From Staphylococcus phage Machias, in sequence record MW349128.1: 64,000 nt of DNA; one strand, given 5' to 3'. Both the position numbers and the translations under genes were made by a program. The notes beneath the pieces were generated by a model that was given only the letters and a program-made list of their open reading frames with translations, did no database searches and was not told the origin of the DNA. Of the stretch, positions 63,993 through 64,000 are shown piece by piece (the stretch's first letter is position 1; each line of letters begins with the position of its first letter).

Positions 63993-64000
63993 ATTAAAAA

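Overview
Very AT-rich (roughly 25-30% GC) DNA with Shine-Dalgarno-led ORFs and frequent TTG/GTG starts. It looks like part of a large virulent phage (or phage-like element) of a low-GC Gram-positive host. The window mixes replication/nucleotide genes, a structural module, and a long block of small early-type genes, many encoding membrane proteins. Replication/nucleotide genes: DnaB-like helicase, SbcD/Mre11-like nuclease, guanylate-kinase-like kinase, a gyrB-like and a gyrA-like type IIA topoisomerase subunit, SNase-like and MBL-fold nucleases, and HNH-type endonucleases. Structural module: a gp25-like baseplate protein, a 1147+507 aa split structural protein, a 1747 aa fibre-like protein, and a tail-associated lysin with peptidoglycan-binding repeats. 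Mobile and regulatory content is dense. (1) Six group I introns of one family share P/Q/R/S core elements (AATTGCTGRGAAA / AATCAGCATC / GTTCAACGACTAAATAT / GATATAGTCT). Two of them carry a 400-aa TnpB (IS605 OrfB-type RuvC plus zinc finger) followed by a ~190-nt GC-rich structured RNA that is near-identical between copies, giving IStron-like intron-transposon chimeras. One interrupts a large structural gene; the other sits in gyrB. (2) gyrB is split into three exons by the TnpB-carrying intron and a 177-nt ORF-less intron. (3) gyrA carries a 373-aa intein inserted exactly at the active-site AAxRY|TE motif. (4) Three compact intron cores sit in tandem at 51.46-52.06 kb. (5) A 517-aa reverse transcriptase with a retron-like VTG motif lies immediately after a ~1 kb non-coding array of four promoter + structured-RNA units. 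Each unit begins with a hairpin that has a conserved UG(A/U)AUACG loop and covarying stems. (6) A promoter-like AAATATATATTATAAAAAT box plus a GAGGTAATGA...TCATTACCTC hairpin recurs in at least 9 intergenic regions. (7) A membrane-protein/small-partner cassette is present in duplicate. All functional calls are inferred from motifs visible in the translations; no database searches were possible.
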